A stretch of DNA of 64,000 nt, taken from contig NC_086097.1 in assembly GCF_963921235.1 (NCBI RefSeq), positions 165,170,001 to 165,234,000 on the forward strand, in the 5' to 3' direction. Shown here one piece after another: positions 24,980 through 38,829 of this stretch (the first letter of the stretch is position 1; each line of letters starts with the position of its first letter). The notes under the pieces are model-generated. The model did no database searches. It was not told the DNA's origin and was given only the letters and a program-made list of their open reading frames with translations. Source of the stretch: Mobula hypostoma. Taxonomy: Eukaryota. The position numbers were made by a program, and so were the translations under genes.

Positions 24980-27900
24980 CAATCAGAATCCGGTTTAATA
25001 TCACTGGCATATATCTTGAAATTAGTTTTACAGCAGCAATACGGAACAGGTCATAATAAATAGCAGTATAAATTGCAAAAAGATAATTAAGTAGTGCAAA
25101 AAGGGAATGAAATAAAGGTGGGGTCGTGTACATGGGCTGTGCATTCATAAATCCAAAGGAGGGGAAGAAGCTGTTACTACAGTGCTGAGCTTATGTCTTC
25201 ACACTCCTGTAGCACCACCTTGATGGTAGCAATGAGAAGGGGTATGTACTAGTTGATGGGGGTCCTTAATATTGGATGCTGCCTTTTGAAGACGTCCTCT
25301 TGATGCTGGGGAGGCTAGTAATAATGATCAAGCTGGTTGAGTTTGCAGCTTTTTCCAATTCTGTGCAGTGGCCCCTCCGTACCAGATGCTGATGCAACCA
25401 GTTGGAATGCTGTCCATGGTACATTTAGAAATTTACTAGAGTCATACCAAATCTTCTCAAACTCATAAAATATAGCCACTATCATGCTGCTCTGTAATTA
25501 CACAAATATGTTCGGCTCAGGAACTGGAAACTGCTCACTCTTTCCACTGCTGATCCTTCATTGAGGACTGGTATGACTTCCCCTTACTAAAGTCCACAAT
25601 TTTACTGACGTTGAGTGTAAGGTTCTTGCTGTGACACCATTCAACCAGTTGATCTATCTCATTCTTGTACACTCCCTCATCACCATCTGAAATTCTGCCA
25701 ACAATAGCTGTGTTACCGACAAGTTTATAGATGGTGTTTGAGCTGTCCCTAGCCAGACAGTAGTGGGTGTAAAGAGAGCTTAGCAGTGGGCTAAGCACAC
25801 ATTCTTGAGATATGCAGGTGTTGATTGTCAGTGAGGAGGAGATGTTATTTCCAATCCACACTGCAATTTGATCCTTGACTTCCTCATCAGGAAATCACAG
25901 TCAGAGGGAGGTACAGAGGCCCTGCTTTTGTAGCTTATTGATTAGTACTGAGGGTATGACGGTGTTGAATGCTGAGTTGTAATCAATAAACAGAAGCCTG
26001 ATGTAAGCATTGCTATTCTCCAGGTGGTCCAATACCAAGTGGAGAGCCAGTGAGATAGCATTCGCCGTAGACCTAATGAGGCAATAGGCAAATTACAGTG
26101 GTTCCAGGTTCTTGTTGAGGCAGGATTTGATTTTGGTCATGACCAACATCTCCAAGCACTTCATCAGCGTAGATGTGAGTGCCATTGGGCAATAGTCGTT
26201 GAGGTGGCTCATCCTGCTTTTCTTGGGTGCTGGTATGATTGTTGCCCTTTTGAAGCAGGTGGGAACCTCCAACTGCAGCAGTGAGAGATTGAAGATTTCA
26301 TTGGACACACCCGCCAGCTGGTTGGCACAGGTTTTCAGTGCCCTACCAGGTTCATAATTGGGGCCTGATGCCTTGTGAGGGTTCGTCCTCTTGAAAGATG
26401 TGGTCTGCCTCCAAAAAAGAGAACACAGGATCTCTGGGGATTCGTACAGGTATTGTTTTATTCCCCCTTTCAAAGCATGTATGAAACATGTTGAGCTCAC
26501 CTGGGAGTGAAGCATCACGGCCATTGATAATAGATTTGGCTTTGTGGGAAGTAATGGCCTGCAACCCCTGCCAGAAGTGCTGTGCATCAGATTCCATCTC
26601 TAATTGGGATTGTTTTCTTACTCTTAAAATAGCCTTCCATAGGTTGTACCTGGACAGTTCTGGATCATTGGTCATGAATGCCACAGATCTCAGCAGACTG
26701 TGAATCTTCTGGTTCATCCACAGCTTTTGGGTTGGGTATGTCCAATATGTTCTCGAAGGGACACAGGGCTTAGTGATAACTGTGGTATATTCATTGAGAT
26801 TCAAAGCTTAATTCCTGAATATTATTTAGTCCCAGCCGGCTGGTGGCGTAGTGGCATCAGCGCCGGACTTTGGAGAGAAGGCTCTAATTAATTAGATTGT
26901 TTATTTTGGCTTTTTTCTTAAAGATGTGCTGGGTGCATTCCGGCCACCACTGCACCGCTACATTCTTCGCGGTGATGTATCAGTCTGTGGCCCAGGGGTT
27001 GGGGACCACTGTTGCAATTGACTTATCACTATATTCATGTGAGGAAAATATGTGCTGTGTGTTTAATATTAAATTCGTTAGATAAACCCTTTTAGAAACG
27101 AAATTGAGTATATTAGCCACTTATAAGTGACTTATAGTTGACTAATCACCTATACTCTGGTATTCTGGTCGTGATTAACACCCCCTCCCCCACAGTTGGC
27201 CGGTCCACGGTGTAAAAAGGGTTGGGGACCCCTGATCTAATCCATCAATTCAAAGTAGTTTCATAAGCCATCCTCAGCCTCTTACTGTATGATGAAAGTA
27301 GAAGTACAGCCAGGTGATTGGACTTTTCAAAGTGTGGGTGCGGAATGGCGTGGTAAGAGGTCTTGATGGTGGTGTAACAGTGGTCAAATGTGATGGCTCT
27401 TAGGTGATGTGTTAGTGGTAATTGGTGAAATCCCCTGCAATGACAGGAAAAGCATCAGGGTGCACTATTTTCTGACTGCTGATCACTCTGCTCAGCTCCT
27501 CCTATACCTGCTTGACTTTGGCCAGGGGTAGGATGTATACAACCACCATGATGGCAGCAGACTTAGTTGTTCTGTCTTTGAAGTAGATGTTGAACCCCTC
27601 AGGCTGCAGTGCATGAGGTGGGGGGTGAGCCATGTTTCCATGAAGCAAGGTACACGACAATCCCTGATGTCCCTCTAGTTCTGCCATCTTGCTCTGAGGT
27701 CTTCAGTTTTATTTTCCAGAGATTATATTCACCAGCAGGATAGCAGGCAGTGGGGCCCCTGGTCTCAGGGTGTTGCATTTCAATTTTACTTGCAGACCAG
27801 CAGGTTTCTTTTAAGGGAAACTGCACGTGACTTGAGTCTGCAGTCTGGAGTCCACTGTTTTTTTAAAAAACCTTAAAATGATGTTACTTACTCAAGAGCC
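24980..27900 (-). mobile_element. Long decayed Rex1/Babar-like LINE
   Basis: ORFs 26093..26587 (KASGP..ALKTCANQLAGV..PTCFKRATIIPAPKK..LNDYCPMALTS) and 25535..25861 (QECVLSPLL); endonuclease-side remnants extend to about 27.8 kb. Confidence 0.85.
26885..27234 (+). mobile_element. Truncated second copy of the hAT + nested MITE composite
   Basis: Reverse complement of about 44569-44940; ends GGTTGGGGACCCCTG followed by ATCTAATC. Confidence 0.85.
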
Positions 27901-28544
27901 CATGGCTGTGACTGTGGATTTCAGATGTAGTCGTCTTAAACAGGAATATTTGATTCCCTTCAGAGCTGCATGCAAAGAGTTGCCTCTTTCTGGTGTCAGC
28001 TTGGTCATGTTGGCTAATATTTTTTAATTATGAAACGATTAAAAACAAAATGAAATCTTGCAGCATTTAAGTTATGAGAAGATCAGAAGTGACATTTTAA
28101 AAAAATAATTCATGGTTCCTCTATACCAAAATACCTAGTAATAAGACAAATGTTTGTTCTATATTTACTTGAATCTGAAACTGGGCTATCATCTATCTAA
28201 TTCTATCTACTGTGCATTGTAAACAACCATTTTCAATTGGCTCAGCACTGATACTTCATTATTTTTCAGTTCAATTTTGAAATTATTCCAATAGTCTAGT
28301 ATGTAAACAAGCCATTAAAGTTATTTGTGATGTTCACTAGAGTCCTGCAAAAATCTATATTATTTTCTTTTGATTCTCTTCTTCTTCCCCCACCATTAGT
28401 ACATCTGTTTTTATGTTCCAAAATACTCCTTTGAGACTTGAGTGCATGCTTGATCTTACAATCTCTCCAGTAATTGGCAGAGTAGTCTTTGATTTTACTA
28501 GTTGAAAATTCATTAAAAATTAATGCAGAAAAGAGGGGAAAATT

Positions 28545-29465
28545 GAATTTTTCACTCAATGTCAGCAAGACTAAGAAACTGATTATTGACTTCAGGAGGA
28601 GGAAACCTTGAAGTCCTTAAGCCTACCCTCATCAGGGAGATGAGAGGTGGAGAGGGTCAGCAAATTTAAATTCCTCTGTCTTATCATTTCAGAGGATCTG
28701 TCCTGGATCCAAAGCTTAAGTGCCATTATGAAGAAAGCACTGCAGTGCTTTTACTTTCTTAGGAGTTTGGAAGTTTCAGTTTGTCATCTATAACTTCGAC
28801 AAACTTCTATAGATGTGTAGTGGAAAGTATGCTGACGCCTTGCATCACAGGCTGGTTTGGAACCACCAATGCACTTGCTTGGAAAATACTAGAAAAAGTA
28901 GTGGACACGGTCCAACTTTCATGGGTAAAACCCACTCCACTACTGAGCACATGTAGGTGGAGCATTTTTGCAGGAAAGCAGCTCCATCATCAAGGACCCC
29001 CACCACAGCCCAGGTCATACTCTCTTCTCGCTGCTACCACCAGGAAGAAGGTACAGGAGTATCAGAACTTGCACCACCAGGTTCAGGAAAAGTTATTACC
29101 CTCAACCGTCAGGTTCTTGAACCAGTGGGATAGCTTCACTCAGCTTCATTTGCCCATTACTGAACTGTTCCCACAATCTGTGGGCTCACTTTCAAGGACT
29201 CTTCACCTAATGTCCCTGTAATTATTTAATTAACTAATTAAATATAGTATTTCTTAATTCAGCTTTGTTATTAGTATTTCTTTAGACTTTTTGTATTTGC
29301 AGTTTGTTGTCTTTTGCAGTTTAGTTGTTTGTCATCATATTGGGTACAGTCGTCCATTGATTCTATTGTGTATTTTGTATTTGCTATGAATGCCTGCAAG
29401 AAAACGAATCTCAGGGTTGTATATGGTGACATCAGTGTACTTTGATAATAAATTTACTTTGAAAT
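28545..29465 (+). mobile_element. Rex1/Babar-like LINE 3' fragment
   Basis: LNVSKTKKLIIDFRR and NFYRCVVESMLTPCITGWFG remnants; tail AATAAATTTACTTTGAA. Confidence 0.8.
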
Positions 29466-30449
29466 TTGAGGATGAGAAAGGCAGGTATTAAATATCACAT
29501 TAGTTTAGAGGTGTGGTTAATTTAAGCATGGTGCAATAAGTTCAGCAGTTCAGTAGTTAATGCTATCTGCGAAAGGCGTTTTGTGAGTCTGTTCATTATT
29601 GTATGGAATCTTTACTCTGGCATGAATATTTTGTATGCAGTCATTATTAAGATAGAATTTAACTTATTGGAAATTAAATGTAAATAAAAACTGCAGATGT
29701 TGGAAATGCTTGGATGGTCAGGATAGGAAGTTCAAACCCTTTTTAAATTGATGTCTGGTGAAAGGGTAAATAAAATTGTGCGGGGGAGGGGTTTAGGAGC
29801 ATGCTTTAAACCGAGTTTCAGATTTCTGGTTGTATGTACACTCAGAAGCTTCATCAGTTCCCCATTGAATACTTGCAGAAAATTCATACACAACACATTT
29901 AACAATTGATTCTAGAGGTCTGTAAGTGCAAGTTAATTTTTCTCTTCTGATTCAACTGATTTTTTTTTATTTTCTATGCCTTTTCAACCTTAAATAGCCT
30001 GTCATTTTGGATCTTCTAATTGTGTCATCATTTACATACTTCAATCAGTAATCTGAAATGTCACCATGTTTGCAAATATGTGTTTATAATAGAGGACCTC
30101 ATATAATGTGAAGTGGTATAGTAACTACCTTAGCTTGCCCAAACCCCTAGCATTAACACCAATCTAAGAATAAATATGAAAATGCTTAATGATTGCACTT
30201 GGATGCTTGGAAACGACTTTCTATACATGATTGGCAAAAATTCCACGGCCAGTGAGTGGAAGGCAGCAACAGCTGCACACAAATGATACATTACTCAAAT
30301 AGATTTCTGGAAAAAATTAAAACTAGTAGAGCGTGAAATATTTCTTATAAGGATTCAAAATTAGCTCCATATGTAGAACTAAAAAAATTCTAGCTTTTAG
30401 AATAATTTTACAAAAAAGACTCAATTTAAAAGATTAACAAAATAAACTA

Positions 30450-31000
30450 TCTGAAATATCCCAGAATGAGTGTCTTACAGTAATATAAAAAATGTCTACA
30501 TAAGCATGTGGATATTTGTGGGGAGTGAATTCTTCCAGAACGGCCACACCTGTGGAAAGTATCTATGTTGAGTCAGTCCAGCAAAGTTGTCAAGCTGAAA
30601 CAGAGATGTACTGTATAACTTAAGAAATGGATAAGAATCTGCATAATTTACTCCAGATAAGAGTCTTGAGATGCATAGATCTCCACTGTTTAATTAAAAA
30701 TCTCCCCCATTTCAAAAAGCCAAAATTGAGGTTGTTCACTGCTGATTGAATGGACAAGTTTGATCTGAAACACTGCAAAATGAAGCAGCTTATGGCTATA
30801 TGTAGCTCGACTTGGATGATAGCCAGGACTGGGAGAACAAGATTTTATGTGGCACATGATTACCCTTGACTTCAAAGAAGCATTTGCCATCAAGCGTCCT
30901 TTATAAAACCATCTATAAAGTACAAGTAAACAATGCTTGGATGAGTGCAGCTCAAACAGACTCGAAAATTCAATGATAGTTTGGGCAAATGAGCTTGCTC
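30450..31000 (+). mobile_element. Very old LINE reverse-transcriptase remnant (clade unclear)
   Basis: Fragmentary translations DKNLHNLLQIRVL (cf. NYRPISVL) and ITLDFKEAF (cf. LDFxKAFD) occur in the expected order. Confidence 0.3.
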
Positions 31001-33791
31001 TATTAACAGTTCTTGAATCAGCTGAATAAAGTGGCTGTGGTGTGTATTATATACAAAAAATACCAAGAACATGTCAAACTTCAGCACTTTCTAAACCTGT
31101 GACCTGTACCATTTTAAAGGACAGAAGGCACATGGCATCACCAGCAACTGCATGTTGTATTTCACACTGCACAATGTCTTGATTCCAAATGTTATAAGAA
31201 AGGAACGATGTATTTTCTAGTCTTTGAGCTTCCTGCTAACAATGTGGAGTACTTTAACCACAGAGACAATATAAGTTGACTTGATATGCCCTATTATTGG
31301 GCAATAAATGTTGGCTGAGTCAGTGTCTCCATCCCATTAGCTCTAACATTTCCAGTGTTAACAAAGTTCATACAGGAAATGAGGTTTCAAATATCTGCCC
31401 ATACTTATCACTATGCAAATATTCACCATTGGAACCTGACTTCCCCATCCTCAGATTTACTCAACTGATGTTGGAATACCGATCTTTGCGTTCGTCTATT
31501 TCCTAATTATGAAATTGCAAGTCTGGTTGGTCTCCCATCTATCGTAAACTTGTGCTCATCCAAAGCTCTAACAATATCCTTGCCTAAGTTCCATTTCACT
31601 AGTTACTCCTCTGCTGGTTTCACTTAAAATTCTCATTCCAATTTTCAAATCTCCTCACCTTCTCATCAACAATTCCACAACTAAATCCACAATTCTAGTC
31701 TACTTGATAACCTCTGATTTAATCGATCTACTGACATTGAAGTTCTGCACTGAAGTTCTGAACACCTTTACAATTCCCTTTTCAAATCTTTTTGACCGAG
31801 CTTAGTAAAGTTTCCCAACATCTGCTTATTTGTCATGGCACTGAGTAATAAAACAATTTCAGTAAAATTCCTGTGAAGTACTCCTTTTCACTAAATTAAA
31901 GGTGATGTATGTTCCCCAACTATTAATAGGGGAGAGATAGGTTTTGGTTATGGCAGTGGCCGTAGATATCATAATTGCTAGAGACTTGATAGTTCATAGT
32001 AAATAGTTTACCATTTACTTTTTGCCCTTTAGTATTGCTTTGTGCTATTTGCTAGCCTCAGGTTGGTAAAATTGTTCGTTGGTTTCTAGGTGGTGAATAC
32101 TGCAAGTGGATTCTATCTCCATTATTTTTCAAACTAAACAGTGAAAATGTGTAAACTATATTAACCAATTCCTTGGGTAGAGAGGAGCACTCCAAAAACA
32201 TCACCCCAGCAAATTTTATTATTACATTTATGTTGGTGAAAACTTGCTGGTGCACATCAGCCACTATTTCCTAATGCATAATACTGACTGTAAGTTAGAC
32301 TTGTTTGTCAAGTGTTTTGAGATGCAATTGAAGTCTCTTGAGGATGAATATAGTATTCCTTTAGTCTACGGGATGGACTGAAGCATCTTGCCAAGTTTTT
32401 TTTAACCATACTTTCTAAACCCATAACTATCACCTAGAATAGTGTTTCCCAACGCCCCCCTAAAACACCTTCATACTTGCCAACGCCCCTTTCCAGCACC
32501 TGCATGGTGTAAAAATATGTCTACCATATGCTAACATGAGAAAAATTATTCTGCTTTAAATTTTCATTTGTCTTTAAACCTAGTTTACACAGTGTCTGTG
32601 CTGTACAGCAGCTTTGATACCAAGGTGATCCTTGAGCTTAATGGTTTTTAAGACTTGAAATATCTGGTTCGAGTTGTAACAGAAAAAGCCTTAAGTCGCG
32701 AAATAACACAATATTCAAGCGATTTCTGTTTTTTGTGAGTATATGGTTCACTGCACTGAAGCCTCTTTCCCAAGGTAGGAGGATGGAACTGCAAAGAAGA
32801 GCAGTTTGGCTCTTCTCCAAAGACTAGGAAATTTCATATGACAGTGTAGCCACATACGACAAAAGCCAACATTTTTGAAAAGCTTTTTTGTTTCTTCATC
32901 ATTCTGAATTTTGATAATTTCTTCTTGCAGACCCTCTTCCTGTTCTTCCACCTTGCAAAGAAATGGGTTAATTATCCAGTCTGGAATTTCCAGATTGTTC
33001 AAATCCTTGATTCGATTCTGAAAATTCTCCAGTGCCTGCAAGTGAGAACAGTACTTTGCAAATCACCACCTGTGAAAGAGAGTGGCATACTTTCCATGCA
33101 GGGAAACTGAGAACATTGTCCTCCCAATATTTTGCTCATATATTTCTAGCTTTCCAATAAAAATGGACACTACACTTTTTAGCTGGAGTAAATTGAAATT
33201 CTCACCCTGCAGTTTCATATTTAGAATGTTCATTTTGTCATACAGATTGGCTAGGCATGCCACATCTCCATGTAGAAGTTCAATCTTGTTTCTCAAGCTT
33301 TTGTTGACTTTGAGCAAAATATCAACGATGGTCAAAAAGATCAAAGAAACATTTTAAGCATCAGCCTTTGACAGCTAATGCACTTCAGTGTGAAGAAGCA
33401 AGAGTTCAAACACTTCATCATTATCATGGCATAACTGGCAAAGTATTCTGCTGTTTAATGGATGAGCTTTAATTTTATTGATAGCAGATATTACAAGAAT
33501 TATGATTGAAAAAAGTTGCTAGCTGAGGTTTACAGCTGTAAGATGTTGATGATGAATTACACAATAGATTGCAAATGGGCTTGGCATTTCTTTTTTCATA
33601 ACTGCCACCTCACCAGCATGGTGACTTGTCATGTATGGTGTTCCATCCTTTGCACAAGAAATCATGTTCCTAATTGGAATACTTTTATCCTCTGTATAAA
33701 TTTTGAGCTCGTCGTAGATTGATTCTCCGTTGCTGTTTTTAACTTCATAAACTTTCCTGTTTTTGATAAGCCATGTATATGTCATTAGCAA

Positions 33792-34259
33792 CACACATCA
33801 AAGTTGCTGGTGAGGGCAGCAAGCCAGGCAGCATCTCTAGGAAGAGGTACAGTCGACGTTTTGGGCCAAGACCCTTAGTCAGGACTAACTGAAGGAAGAG
33901 CTAATAAGAGATTTGAAAGTGTGGGGGGGCGGGTGCCATCCTCTGGGTTTTTCCCACCTCCCCCTTTTCCTTCTCTCTGGGCCTCCTGTCCCATGATCCT
34001 CTCATATCCCTTTTGCCAATCACCTGTCCAGCTCTTGGCTCCATCCCTCCCCCTCCTGTCTTCTCCTATCATTTTGGATCTCCCCCTCCCCCTCCCACTT
34101 TCAAATCTCTTACTAGCTCTTCCTTCAGTTAGTCCTGACGAAGGGTCTCGGCCCGAAACGTCGACTGTACCTCTTCCTAGAGGTGCTGCCTGGCCTGCTG
34201 CATTCACCAGCAACTTTGATGTGTGTTGCCTGATTTTCCAGCATCTGCAGAATTCCTCG
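33792..34259. mobile_element. Young Penelope-like insertion with inverted terminal copies
   Basis: Flanked by TGTATATG(T/C)CATTAGCAA at 33774-33791 and 34260-34277; arms at about 33788-33921 and 34096-34229 are inverted repeats. Confidence 0.9.
34131..34166 (+). ncRNA. Minimal type I hammerhead ribozyme motif (Penelope-associated)
   Basis: AGTC-CTGACGA-A-GGGTCTCGGCCC-GAAA-CG-TC-GACT; intact core with stems I and II. Confidence 0.8.
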
Positions 34260-34949
34260 TGTATATGCCATTAGCAATGCCTCATTGTCTTGCACAGTTG
34301 ACTCATCCAGTTTTTTGTAGCTCTGGGCATAGTTGATACTCAATATCTTCACTCATTTGGTCAATACGACGAGCTGCAGAGTTATTACTCGGGAATTGGT
34401 TTTTAAGATACTGGTATCCATTTTGAGCACATCTGATACAGCAGGCATTATTAATCTTTCACCGATTGTATGAGATTTTCCACACTTTGCTATCATTTTG
34501 TAAATGTTAAAAGAAGCAGTGAGATCACTATCAAGACCACTTTTAGCTATCTTGGCAAATGACTCGTGTGCAATGCTTTTCAAATGCTTCTTTCATCTTC
34601 TGGAACTGAGTAATGCCATAAGTAGTCTTTTTAGGGTGTCTTTTACTGAAGTGTTCCGGTAATCTTGATGGTTTCATGGTCTCATTCGTACAGTATTACA
34701 AATAAGACATGGGGTGTCACTGATTTGACAGAAACGGAATAAAATCATACTCTGAGTTTGTAACATTGCATTGACACACTTTCTGTAGTTTCTGTTTCTT
34801 ATAAGTTAGAATTCAAGGATTCTACTTGGAATTAAAGCGTTCTTTGGTTGAAAACACTATCATGGTTTGAGATTAAACTTTGAGGTACATCTGCAGGCAT
34901 TTTGAACACGAAACAAATCTGTAACTTAAAGGACAGAGGTATCTGCTGA

Positions 34950-36420
34950 TCAAGGACCCACCCCACTAAGAACCAAGAAAGGATGAAGAATCTTCAAGGA
35001 TTGTGAGATGGCCAGAACCTGTTCGAATGAAAACTTTGAAGAAATCCTCAGTTGAAAAGGCCAACCAACAACAACTGGACTAGACAGAATCCTTGCTGAA
35101 GTACTTAACCATGGACAATTTCTGGTGTTAATACTTGCCTCCATGTGCAAAGAACAGAGCATGGTAGGAGGTCTCAAACACGGCAATCATAACCACTTTA
35201 CTTCTGATTGCACTAATTAAAGATGTTTTCTTATTGTAATTGCAAGGATTTTTCTCAACTACTTCCTCTTGGAGGCCTAAGAGTTATTCTACTTATGTAG
35301 TAATACAATGGGCAAGATGTTCGTTTTATGACAAATCCAAGGAAAATATAGAGAACATCAGCCACTGTACAGGCTTTTTAAAAATATATCTCAATAGCTT
35401 TCAACTCAATGAGAGGAGTTAGGCAGTATTCTTCTACACTTTGTAATTCTACCATTGCATACTAGTCATTGAAGAAATCCAGTACAGATCCAATCATGTA
35501 TAGACAAGGGTCAAGCAAGGTGGTGTTTTCAAAACAAGTCTTGTCTCAATCCTTTCTGTAGTATTTCACCTCCCCTCAAATGAGCTTCCTGCTAAAGTGG
35601 AACTAATTTACAAGACTGACAGTATGTTGTTCAGCTATTGTGATCTGCATTCCAGAATAAAATGAGTGGAACCTCAGTGAAGAAGTCATAGTACACAGAT
35701 AGTGCTTGTGCACATGGAACTTAGCAGCATTCCAAATCATTGTTGATTCTGTTACTGAAGTGCAATAAATAATGGCTGTTCATCAAGCATCTGAAAGACA
35801 AAGACAACACCATTGCCAATTATCAAGAAATATAATCACATCCTGGTCAGCTTAGATTATTCCTCTATTTAACAAGCTATCTCTTAGTGAGTACAAACAG
35901 TGGTAAATTTCATCATCAGTATTCATTCATTCCCTTCAAATAGCCAGGAAAAATGTATGTGAAAACAAAGGCGTATAGGCTCTGCATCAAGCTTATGTTT
36001 TGCTGAACAGCAGTGACCCCTACCTACTCTAATATATGGAAATGACGGGCAGCCAATGGCATGTATCTAACATTTGTAACTACAGGAGGTCAAAATCTGC
36101 TGGTATGATAGCCATTCTATCTCTATCAGGCCAGTTTCTCCAACATCAAAGTTGTAGATGAGTTCGACCATTTCCTAATACTCAGGCCACAATGTCTGTT
36201 TTTGCATCAGACTTTTAAACCACTGTCACAGCAAACAATAGATTAACTATTTCAAGGACATCCTGAAAATCTCCTTGGATGAATGCAAAATCTTTGCCCA
36301 CTCATGGAGACCTCTGGGCCATAGCTGCTTAAACCAATGGATAAGCACATGGGATGGGAGTAGTGTATCCAAAAATCTGGAGGCTACTCACGAACAGTGG
36401 AAGGAGCACACAAGGTTCCA
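34950..36420 (+). mobile_element. Highly decayed RTE-like LINE
   Basis: VKQG remnant near 35510 and scattered RT-like codons; no open frame. Confidence 0.4.
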
Positions 36421-37089
36421 AACAACTTGCTACATCTATTAATTAAAGTTCCACTTCAGTACTCTCCTGTGCATCAGGATCTATGGATCTCACGTGGAAT
36501 TTGTTGGTCACATCAGAATAGTAATGAATGCAAGTCATCTTTGATCCTAAGGGGTGCCCAAGGAAGAACAGTAATGTAATAAACTTAACAGATGAGTAGG
36601 AGAGAAGCGCAAAACTGAAATATTCATTGGACAACATCTATGGCGAGAATAACTTGAAGATACCTACTGAGTTTCTCATGATAAACTCAACATTGTTGCA
36701 AGTTTCTTACATAGAAGCCAAGGGTAATGTTTGGTTTGTGTGGGTGTGTGTGCGCGTGTGGAGTATACTTATTATGGTGGTCAGAGGTTCTGCAGTTATT
36801 TTGCATTGCTGAATGCAACTTGGCTTCAGCAATGCTGCTGTTTTCTAGAGATGTAAGCTCCACCCACAGAAGTGGTTCTATAGTGTAGCTGAAAGCATTA
36901 GCTGAATGTAAGGGAGTCCAACATTTCTGACAATTGTCTTCATGTATGTAAGCAGTTTTTCTCCTATTGTTTTGAGGTAGCTTTGAATTTAAAGACTCTT
37001 GGCTATATGGTTGGTGCTGGGGGAATTTTATTGTGCAAAAGCAGTTTTATGTATTGGAAGTGGTTCTGTACTAGAACTGCAAAATCAGT

Positions 37090-37938
37090 TGTTACGTAAC
37101 CGGCAACAATGAATATTAATCGAGACAGGTTTTATAAAAACAACCGAACACACATAAGCGATGAGAAAAAACAAAGGAAAACTTTGACCGGAGGTTAACA
37201 GGTACGCAGTTGTTCACCAGCTCGCCACTCGGCTCTGGTTCTTAAAGCGTTAACTGTGAAAACAGTTCTTAAAGCGATACAGTCAGAGATAGTTCTTAAA
37301 GCGATAACTTCAAAAGTCCAACAGTTTTACACATTCAATTGGGAGAGACTTCTCTAGAGTACGATTCCTTCACCGATGCACCTTTACTGCCAGTTCTGTT
37401 CACAGGATTCGCGATGCCGACAATAAACAGTTTAGATCGACTGACCTTAAATTCCTTTTAGAGAGCCTTTTTGCATGAACTCATTGTGCTTTTACAAGAG
37501 TTATCTCAATGCAGCTTCTCTTCAACGAAGACCCAATAAGGTCGATCCTTTATTAAACTGCCAACCGATGCCAACTTCTCTCGATCCTTCACTTCGATGA
37601 ATTCTTCACTCTCCCTTCAAAACTGTCGGAATTGAGTAAATTGGCACTTCCAGCCGCAAATTCCCAGTCCAAGTAATATAGAACCTTTCAACAGAACATA
37701 CAACCGTTTTAAAAATGAAACTGCGTCGCAAAAACAAACGCAACAGAAACGGAGGCACAACACGTTCTACCTGGAAATCTACAAACTCAAAAACCCACTG
37801 CGTCACCTGAGTCGACCCTTATTTAGTCACGAGGCACATGTCATCACGTGACCTCAACGGCGAGAAACTCACATCAGGTGACCTCCAAAAGACCATTACA
37901 GCATTCTTACCAAAAAAACAGATCTCGAGCATGTAACA
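37090..37938. mobile_element. Solo LTR (Gypsy- or ERV-type)
   Basis: Termini TGTTAC...GTAACA, perfect 4-bp TSD CAGT (37086-37089, 37939-37942), CpG-richer than flanks, internal repeat GTTCTTAAAGCG three times. Confidence 0.85.
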
Positions 37939-38829
37939 CAGTATCTTCTAGTTCTCAGTATTCAGCACATTGTGATTTGCAGACATCTCTTTTTAGAGTA
38001 CATCCTGGTTTGTGTTGTTTTAAAATGTGCTGGAACTTCCTTTTGATGTGGAGTTTACAAATGTTTGTTCAAAGAACCATGATGTGACTAGCACCTGTAG
38101 ATGTGTTTTGATCCCTCTGCACATGACAGACACATTGTGATTAATAGGAATTCTTTCCCTATTGCAGTTGGATATAATTTTTGTTCTCCTAATTTTGGTC
38201 TTCATTCAGCAGCCAGGGTGTGTGCCCATTGACCAGGAGGTCATGAAAGTGAGACATGAGGTAGTAGATAGTGTTGGTTGGCAGTAAGGATTTGGAAATC
38301 ACACCTACACACAAGGTTGTTTTGATGAATAATAATCTCCCGCTTGCTGTCATTGAAAAATGGCTATATGTGTGTGTGGTGCTAGGCTGGGTGGAGTTAA
38401 GTTATGGCCAACTGGATGCATAGGTGTATTTAGTTTGGGTCTTCGTAGAATCATGCAGTACTGAAACAGGCTCTTCATCTTACCATACGGATGTCAAAGA
38501 TTGAGTACTCTTCTGTACTACTTGCATTTTGTCGCACATGGCAGGTAGTTTACTATGCAACACACACCAAATGCTGGAGGAATTCAGCAGCCAGGCAGCA
38601 TTTGTGGAAAAGAGTAAACAATTGACATTTCAGGCCGAGACCCTTCATCAGGATTTTTCTATGCGTTGGCAATTCATATGCTGGTTACTCCAATCTCTAT
38701 TTCCATCTCTTCAAGAAATGTTTTCCAGATTCCATCATACCCTGGGTGAAAACAAAATTCGTCCTTGTGCATGAAATTGTTGCTGTATGTTTAGTTCAGT
38801 GAAAAATATCATTGGGACTAAAATGTTTC

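Larger units (their letters stand above)
32440..34860 (-). pseudogene. Decayed hAT Buster/Charlie-type transposase (ZBED8/SCAND3-like family)
   Basis: Minus ORFs: IAKCGKSHTIGERLIMPA, LDEST, CAKDG..M..YCVIHHQHL, LNMKLQG, PDWIINPF, ERGFSAV..LTKNRNRL; TIR-like TAGTGTTTCCCAAC at 32440. Confidence 0.9.

Noticed and set aside
26838..26884. tRNA gene
   Set aside because: Only an A-box-like 5' half (TGGCGTAGTGG); truncated and more likely a SINE head.
32638..34583. Domesticated ZBED8/SCAND3-like gene
   Set aside because: Many stops and frameshifts plus a Penelope insertion; consistent with a dead transposon.
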